In this document: piece after piece, positions 58,781 through 64,000 of the stretch
Position numbering within the stretch: position 1 is the stretch's first letter
Layout: every line of letters begins with the position of its first letter
From: Candidatus Fermentibacteraceae bacterium
Lineage (GTDB): Bacteria; Fermentibacterota; Fermentibacteria; Fermentibacterales; JCC-6
Assembly (NCBI GenBank): GCA_041750285.1
Contig: JBGSZS010000013.1
Coordinates: 17,220 to 81,219, forward strand
DNA: 64,000 nucleotides
Direction: 5' to 3'
The notes under the pieces: generated by a model
Seen by the model: the letters and a program-made list of their open reading frames with translations, nothing else
What the model was told of the DNA's origin: nothing
Databases searched by the model: none
Made by a program: the position numbers and the translations under genes

Positions 58781-59287
58781 CTATCTAAGAAACACAAAGT
58801 CCTCGGGCGTCAAGTACTCACCGACGATGACAGCTTCAACGAACTCATCCGGAGGTCGGTAGTGATGATCCAGGATGTAGTGCAGCAGCAGGGCGGGAGC
58901 CATGTAGACGACGTTCCTGATTCGAATGAGATAGTGGCCATGACCGTAGAGCCGGAGATCGCGTCCGCGCCAGTGAATCACTGGCCCGATCATGCCTCCT
59001 GGATAGTGCTGCTTATCGGTTTTGCAGATCTCGCAATCGTGCCAGCCCCTCGTGCCATCGGACAACACCCTCTGCGTTTCATACGCTACCACGAGCCCAT
59101 CTATACACTCATCCGGTGTGTCACCGGACGATGGCACCCGGTCGCCGAGCCAGCCAACCGCACGGAGAACGGTGCCGGCAGGCAGGACACCGCTCCTGAA
59201 TTCTCCACCCCGGAGAATCGGCAGCGGAAACCCATAGGGAGTTGGGGGATGAGCCGAGGGGAACTCCTGCAGGTCGGGAATGAACAT
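58781..59287 (-). CDS. Hypothetical cassette protein with CxxC
   Basis: AVGWL, RGWHDCEIC, YMAPALLLHYI..H.Y.PP.EF. Confidence 0.8.
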   Translation of the reverse strand: MFIPDLQEFPSAHPPTPYGFPLPILRGGEFRSGVLPAGTVLRAVGWLGDRVPSSGDTPDECIDGLVVAYETQRVLSDGTRGWHDCEICKTDKQHYPGGMIGPVIHWRGRDLRLYGHGHYLIRIRNVVYMAPALLLHYILDHHYRPPDEFVEAVIVGEYLTPEDFVFLR

Positions 59288-59312
59288 GGTCTGCAATGCT
59301 CCGTTTCCATCC

Positions 59313-59385
59313 CGCTAACACTCCGCATAACCGCCTGGCACTGAAGCGCAGCTAAGAACAGCCCGAGGTGATGCGGTTGTTATGC
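59313..59385 (-). repeat. attC
   Basis: R'' GCATAAC ... R' GTTAGCG; inner CCGCAT/ATGCGG arms. Confidence 0.85.
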
Positions 59386-59423
59386 ACCGTCACTTCAAAT
59401 ATGGACCCCTATGGATCGACCAG

Positions 59424-59707
59424 TTAATCTTTGTCGGCACCCGAGATGCACAGGATCGCATCAAAGGCCTCGTTCACATTCGTTTCCACTGAAGTGCTCT
59501 GGGATCGTATTCGTTTTGTGCCACTCACGCCGTCTGCAAGAACCACACATGAGGCCGTATTCCCGCCGGCATCAACGAAACAACGAAATGGGCTCCTTCG
59601 CCGATACCTATGATTCTGGAACATTGCCCTATGCCGGCAAAACTCTCAAACTCACCGAGGTCAAGATCCCAGGGCTGCAGTAGTGATCCGACCGTTTTTA
59701 TTTCCAT
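59424..59707 (-). pseudogene. ereA: Erythromycin esterase EreA-like gene with large internal deletion and frameshift
   Basis: N-terminal part LLQP..LD..EFE...RIIGIGEGAHFV; C-terminal part KRIRSQSTSVETNVNEAFDAILC in another frame. Both match recalled EreA termini. Confidence 0.8.
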
Positions 59708-59832
59708 TACTGAATGCTTCCCATGGTGCTCATGGCAAACAGCAGCACGAGCATGCTGATCGAGATAAGGAAGGGGAAATGAGAGAGACCAAATCCCCAC
59801 GGATGACAGTTTCCGGACTGTCGCTCCGGCAT
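59707..59832 (-). CDS. 41-aa leader/small hydrophobic ORF coupled to ereA start
   Basis: SD GAGG + ATG; TAA overlaps the ereA ATG (TAATG). Confidence 0.35.
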   Translation of the reverse strand: MPERQSGNCHPWGFGLSHFPFLISISMLVLLFAMSTMGSIQ

Positions 59833-59865
59833 ATCTTTGTTATCCTCAGTAAGTAGTCTACGATA

Positions 59866-59935
59866 CGACAACACCTCATCTTCCGCCCTGAATCGGGGTA
59901 GCTCGCGCAGGCATGAGTGCCTTGTCTTGTTGGCG
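59866..59935 (-). repeat. attC (degenerate arms)
   Basis: R'' CGCCAAC just after the stop of 59937-60269; R' GTTGTCG; CTCAT/ATGAG arms. Confidence 0.6.
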
Positions 59936-59936
59936 C

Positions 59937-60269
59937 TTAGTTTTCGTTCTTTTCGTATATCTTTCTGCGCAATTTTACAAATATTAGTACGGCAACAATA
60001 GATAACGGTAAGGCAACTCCCGACCAGATTGCAGAAGACATGAAGCCCCAGATAACCCAAGGGACTTCTATTGGTCCTAAGGAATGAAACAGGCCTGGCA
60101 AGAAGAACCATGCCAGAGAAATGACAATAGGAGCGATAACCGTTAGAAGTACGCGTTTCGGGGGATTTCGTAGACTGGAAATGAACCACGCAGCCACAAG
60201 TACAAGCACACAGACCGGGAGATAGCCACTATTGACCGAAGTGAACATGTGAGTGATTTCCCTGTTCAT
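59937..60269 (-). CDS. Small membrane protein (cassette)
   Basis: 3 TM segments; flanked by attC sites. Confidence 0.7.
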   Translation of the reverse strand: MNREITHMFTSVNSGYLPVCVLVLVAAWFISSLRNPPKRVLLTVIAPIVISLAWFFLPGLFHSLGPIEVPWVIWGFMSSAIWSGVALPLSIVAVLIFVKLRRKIYEKNEN

Positions 60270-60292
60270 TGACCCTTTCCTCTGAGCGTTAA

Positions 60293-60392
60293 TGACAACG
60301 ATCCGGCGCTCAGCCGCCGGTCAGGCGGCATTTCACCTCTCAAGTAAGTCCCTGGCCATTCGGCTGAAGCGGCTTGTTAGACCATTGCTCAC
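60293..60392 (-). repeat. attC
   Basis: R'' GTCTAAC; arms GCTCAGCCG/CGGCTGAAGC with extrahelical base; R' GTTGTCA. Confidence 0.8.
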
Positions 60393-60398
60393 TCGCCT

Positions 60399-60587
60399 CT
60401 ACTTTTTGATCGCTCCCAAAAGCATTAGGAGGCCGAATACTCCAAAGACCGTGGCACGCACTGCATGCCCTGTAGTCGCACCACCAAATCGCATCATCCC
60501 AATGTATATCCCTGATGCAAGCAAGCCTCCTGCAGCCAGAATCGCAAAGAGCAGACCAGGGAATCGTCGTTTTCTTTCCTCTTCCAC
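60399..60587 (-). CDS. 62-aa two-TM protein (cassette)
   Basis: SD AGGAG; two hydrophobic helices; between attC sites. Confidence 0.65.
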   Translation of the reverse strand: MEEERKRRFPGLLFAILAAGGLLASGIYIGMMRFGGATTGHAVRATVFGVFGLLMLLGAIKK

Positions 60588-60627
60588 TATCTTTATCTCC
60601 TGTATCTCGATATTGCTACCATGTTTG

Positions 60628-60725
60628 GTCTAACACACTGCTCAGCGGTGGGCTGGCCTGGCGCGGGCCCTGCGTTGCAGCGACCGTGACGGACCAGATC
60701 CAACCGCTGCAGCAGGTAGTTAGGC
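60628..60725 (-). repeat. attC
   Basis: R'' GCCTAAC contains the stop of the GNAT gene; CTGCTCAGCGG/CCGCTGCAGCAG arms; R' GTTAGAC. Confidence 0.9.
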
Positions 60726-61313
60726 CCCACCCCCCCTAAGATTCCGAACACTCCCCAACATCTCCCAGTCCCGACGCAGCAACGAGAAGCTCTGCAAATC
60801 GTGCCACTTGCCCTTCCAGTACGCGCACTCCCTCCGTATGCCTTCCTCTTGGAATCCCAGTCTCCTCAGTAGTGCCGTTGATGCTTCATGTTCAGGATAG
60901 GTCAATGCCTCGATGCGGTTGAGGCCAAAGCCGAACCCTTCGTTGAAACCGTAAGCTATCACTGTTCTCAGGGCCTCGGTCATGATCCCCTGCCGCCAAT
61001 GGGCGGGGTGCAAGTCATACCCTATCTCAGCAGTGCTATTGGCCGGGTTCAGGTTATAGTAGCCAATGGAACCGATGACGATATCTCCTTGCATGCTTAG
61101 CACAATGGCCCACCGTACTCCCAATCCTCTCTCGAACACGCTTGCGCGGAGCTCAACCAACTTCTCTGCCTGTCCAATTGACTTCATGGTCTCCACGTTG
61201 TGGTACTTGGTCACAATTTCCTGGGAAAAGGCGTCGAATACTGCCCGGGCATCCGACCGACTAAACGCGCGCAGGATCAAACGGTCTGTTCGCAGAACTG
61301 GGAACTCATTCAT
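60720..61313 (-). CDS. RimJ/RimL GNAT acetyltransferase (cassette)
   Basis: FPVLRTDRLILR, AEIGYDL...WRQGIMTEAL, LGFQEEG. Confidence 0.9.
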   Translation of the reverse strand: MNEFPVLRTDRLILRAFSRSDARAVFDAFSQEIVTKYHNVETMKSIGQAEKLVELRASVFERGLGVRWAIVLSMQGDIVIGSIGYYNLNPANSTAEIGYDLHPAHWRQGIMTEALRTVIAYGFNEGFGFGLNRIEALTYPEHEASTALLRRLGFQEEGIRRECAYWKGKWHDLQSFSLLRRDWEMLGSVRNLRGGGA

Positions 61314-61358
61314 GCCTCTATCCTCGCAGTTTCCGCCCTCAGGAAGCCCACCGGGCTG

Positions 61359-61418
61359 GGCCAACGCTCGGCTTCAGCGGCGGTGCGGAGCGCCGTCCGC
61401 TGCAAGCCGTTGTTATGC
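61359..61418 (-). repeat. attC
   Basis: 60 bp; R'' GCATAAC; CGGCTTCAGCGG/CCGCTGCAAGCCG arms; R' GTTGGCC. Confidence 0.9.
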
Positions 61419-61483
61419 CGCGCCCATTCGTAACTACGCAAGCCCTGATGGCCTGTCATCACGCTTGTGGACCTGAAGGGCCG

Positions 61484-62644
61484 TCAAGGAGCCTCTCCGC
61501 TCGCCTTTGCGTCAATCCACTCCCTCATCACCTGCAGGGCGAGCCCGATATTGCCGATCTGGCAGTGATTCTGGGCGTGGTCTTCCCTGCTGAACACCCT
61601 ATCGGTAACCGACCTGGCCGCGGTCAGACGCCGAAGTTGCTCCTGATGAAGCCGGAAGGGGATGAAGTGGTCGTCGCGGGATGCCAAGATCAGGACATCC
61701 TGCTTGACCAGTTCCGAGCGTAGGTTCTCCTCGCTCAGCTCGAGGGCGAACTCAAGGGCGGCCATCGGCTCGTCCACACCAAGCACATACATCAGGTGAC
61801 TGATGTTCCACGCCTCCATGCCGCCCTTCCTGATCTTCCATCGCGACAGCCTGTTGGTGAACTCCCTGAGATGATCGTGGAAGAAGACGAGGATCGCCGT
61901 GGCGGGAGGGCGCGCAACCTTCCGGTAGTCGAAAGCGTGACCTGATGCGATCACTCTCTTCACCCGTGGCTCGAAGGCAGCCGTCCTGAGGGCGAAGTTG
62001 CCTCCCATGGAGAGCCCGATAAGCGTGACATCCTCGAGCCGGAAATGGTCCAGGACAGCCCTCACGGGCTTCTCCCAGTGGTAGTCGAGCGGAAGGCCAG
62101 CCTTGCGCCGGGCCGCTCCTTGCCCCGGCCCGTCGAAGCCGATGACTCTGAAGCCGGCTATCGCGAAGTACAGCATCATCGAGTAGAACTCCTCGATGAA
62201 GGAGTCATAGCCCCCGTGCAGGATGATGGTGCCTCTGGCCGTACCCTCCGGGCCGATCGCTATGGCAGGCAAAGAGGCTCGTCCGTAGGGCACCCGGATC
62301 CTCTCGATCCCGTGCCCCTCGAAGGCGCGATAGAAGAGCTCGGCGAACCGATCGTACAGCGGCTGCTTATCCGGGTCTTCGGGGAAGGCGTAGAACTCGG
62401 CAGCCCGGTAGTAGAAGGCTGCGTTCATCAGCCGTTCTTCTGCGAGCGCCTCCGTCGCCAGTCTGAGCATCTCGGTTTTCCATTCGGCGAACGTCGCAAT
62501 CCTCTGACCGGCTGCAGTCAAGTCCTCAAGACGGGCGTAACCCAGCGAATACGGACGATTCAGTTGGAAGTTGAACAACTGGTCCTTGTGGAACCTCTGG
62601 TATCCCACTGGGTAGGTGAAGCCTCCGTTTCTTTCAGGCGTCAT
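61484..62644 (-). CDS. Alpha/beta hydrolase (FrsA/DUF1100-like) (cassette)
   Basis: GGYDSFIEE, FDGPGQG, GLSMGG, NHCQ. Confidence 0.9.
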   Translation of the reverse strand: MTPERNGGFTYPVGYQRFHKDQLFNFQLNRPYSLGYARLEDLTAAGQRIATFAEWKTEMLRLATEALAEERLMNAAFYYRAAEFYAFPEDPDKQPLYDRFAELFYRAFEGHGIERIRVPYGRASLPAIAIGPEGTARGTIILHGGYDSFIEEFYSMMLYFAIAGFRVIGFDGPGQGAARRKAGLPLDYHWEKPVRAVLDHFRLEDVTLIGLSMGGNFALRTAAFEPRVKRVIASGHAFDYRKVARPPATAILVFFHDHLREFTNRLSRWKIRKGGMEAWNISHLMYVLGVDEPMAALEFALELSEENLRSELVKQDVLILASRDDHFIPFRLHQEQLRRLTAARSVTDRVFSREDHAQNHCQIGNIGLALQVMREWIDAKASGEAP

Positions 62645-62705
62645 GGGAGAGCTCCTTCCCCAGGGGTATCTCGGACGTCACCAGACCCCCTCCAGGCAAG
62701 AGACG

Positions 62706-62766
62706 GCATAACGTTCGGCCTCTGGGGCGGCGCGTTAGCGACGTACCCAGAAGGCCGTTGTTAGGC
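62706..62766 (-). repeat. attC
   Basis: 61 bp; R'' GCCTAAC with stop codon; CGGCCTCTGGG/CCCAGAAGGCCG arms; R' GTTATGC. Confidence 0.9.
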
Positions 62767-63546
62767 TCCGATAATCTTCAATTCCTGCACAATTGCCTCC
62801 CGAATCGCCTCGGGTGAGGCAACGTCATCGAAATGGAGTCGTTTCCCATTAATGAACAAGGCTCGTGATACGGGGTATCGGATCCGATTCTCTGGATCGG
62901 TTGTGTTTATCGCATTGAGGATCACGCGCGCGCCGAATTCATCACAGACGGTGCGGATGTTTCTCATTTCCTTGATGGGCGTAGGGCAGATCGACTGCCA
63001 GAACGCGTCGATCACAACCTTTCCGGCGTGAAGCGTTGCATTATGCTTGAACTCAGCAAACCGGGGCGGCTCCACGGGGGCGAATGCCTTGAGCAGAATC
63101 ACCTTGCTGTTCCTACGGTCGATCTCCTGATAACCGAGCCTTGTGAAAAACGAGCATGGCATGAACCAGAAGTTGTGATCGAAACCGAGAACAACAACAC
63201 CCTTCTTGGTCAGCCTCGCTTCATTCTCGACAGCGTCAACGAGAGCCTTGCCAGCCCCACTGCCCTTGCGGCCGCTGTAGACTCGGTCGTAGGAAATTGT
63301 CAGACAGGGTATCGCCATCAAGTCTTTGCCGTCGATTTCCCACGTTCCAAGTTCTATCGGAAGGCAGTGAGCAAATCCGATCGGTCGGCCCTCCTCAATC
63401 GCGATTTTTATCTTCAGGCCGTTCTCCAGGCTTGCTCTGATCCAGCGTGCTCGTTCGGCGGCTATCGCATCGAGCTCGTTCGACATTGAATGGGTACACG
63501 TCGACACGAACCCGAAGTATTCTTCGCTGAAATCTACGATCTGCAT
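62761..63546 (-). CDS. GNAT acetyltransferase with C-terminal thioredoxin-like domain (cassette)
   Basis: RKGSGAGKALV, FFTRLGY; tail FWQSICP...RALFING. Confidence 0.8.
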   Translation of the reverse strand: MQIVDFSEEYFGFVSTCTHSMSNELDAIAAERARWIRASLENGLKIKIAIEEGRPIGFAHCLPIELGTWEIDGKDLMAIPCLTISYDRVYSGRKGSGAGKALVDAVENEARLTKKGVVVLGFDHNFWFMPCSFFTRLGYQEIDRRNSKVILLKAFAPVEPPRFAEFKHNATLHAGKVVIDAFWQSICPTPIKEMRNIRTVCDEFGARVILNAINTTDPENRIRYPVSRALFINGKRLHFDDVASPEAIREAIVQELKIIGA

Positions 63547-63571
63547 TCGATACCATCCATTTGTTCTCTGC

Positions 63572-63651
63572 GCCTAACAATCTGAATCAGCAGACTGCGG
63601 AAACCTGACTCTCATACTATGACGCAGTTCTGCTGCATTTTGTTGTTGTGA
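63572..63651 (-). repeat. attC
   Basis: R' GTTAGGC; AATCAGCAGA/TCTGCTGCATT arms; R'' TCACAAC. Confidence 0.85.
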
Positions 63652-63666
63652 ACTCCATTCTCTTTA

Positions 63667-64000
63667 TTACTCCCCGCTACGATCGATCAAGTTAAGGATA
63701 TAGACTCTGGGATAGTCTTGAGGGTTATGATCCCAGCAAAGGATTCCCTGCTCGCATACTCTGTAATTCCAGAACCTTGCAATTGCCGGGAGTGAGGTTT
63801 CGATTGCTCCCAGGTATGAACCATCTTCTGAATTGAACAGGTCAAAGACAGGAGAAGCCGAGTCATGCCCGATATAGTGTGCACTTTCCTGAGGGTTGCG
63901 TGAGAGAAAGAAGAGGGTCATCCTATTCCCTTGGACTCCTAGTCGTACCACCAACTCGGAAAGGGAAGTCGGATGACCCAGTACAACATTACACTGGAAG
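63667..64000 (-). CDS. Partial hypothetical cassette protein (5' end outside window)
   Basis: Frame open to the window edge; FDLFNSEDGSYLG...YPRVYIL resembles a propeller C-terminus. Confidence 0.6.
   Translation of the reverse strand, partial: FQCNVVLGHPTSLSELVVRLGVQGNRMTLFFLSRNPQESAHYIGHDSASPVFDLFNSEDGSYLGAIETSLPAIARFWNYRVCEQGILCWDHNPQDYPRVYILNLIDRSGE

Larger units (their letters stand above)
58100..64000 (-). mobile_element. Integron gene-cassette array (distal end; integrase/attI not in window)
   Basis: 8 attC-like sites separating co-oriented, unrelated single genes; heterogeneous and often AT-richer composition. Confidence 0.9.

Noticed and set aside
59707..60189. 160-aa ORF spanning two cassettes
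   Set aside because: It crosses an attC and overlaps a better ORF; only its last 41 codons have an SD.
58690..63660. CRISPR interpretation of the recurring palindromes
   Set aside because: The repeats are non-identical and separated by whole genes; attC geometry fits instead.

Overview
GC-rich bacterial chromosome segment. The gene style and T9SS-like C-terminal domains suggest an FCB-group anaerobe such as Ca. Fermentibacteria (inference). Positions 1-56 kb are mostly minus-strand housekeeping operons: purH, nadE, rnr, rarA, apt, pcm, rpsT, cysS, trpS, amgK/murU, an RsbV-RsbW-RsbU-type module, truA, rluD, pfkA-gap-pgk/tpi, aroF, mltG, yqgF and four tRNAs. Positions ~58-64 kb are the distal end of a minus-strand integron cassette array, with 8 attC sites and no integrase in the window. 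One cassette is an internally deleted erythromycin esterase (ereA-like) pseudogene. The most notable items are: (1) an unannotated secreted protein with an in-frame TGA followed by an fdhF-like SECIS hairpin, a candidate selenoprotein at 56971-57618; (2) an acyl-CoA ligase fused to a chorismate-mutase-like domain and coupled to DAHP synthase; (3) a P-loop NTPase-HEAT-SpoIIE phosphatase; (4) a signal-peptide metallothionein-like peptide; (5) several apparent non-canonical start codons. All family assignments come from motif recognition by eye, not database searches.
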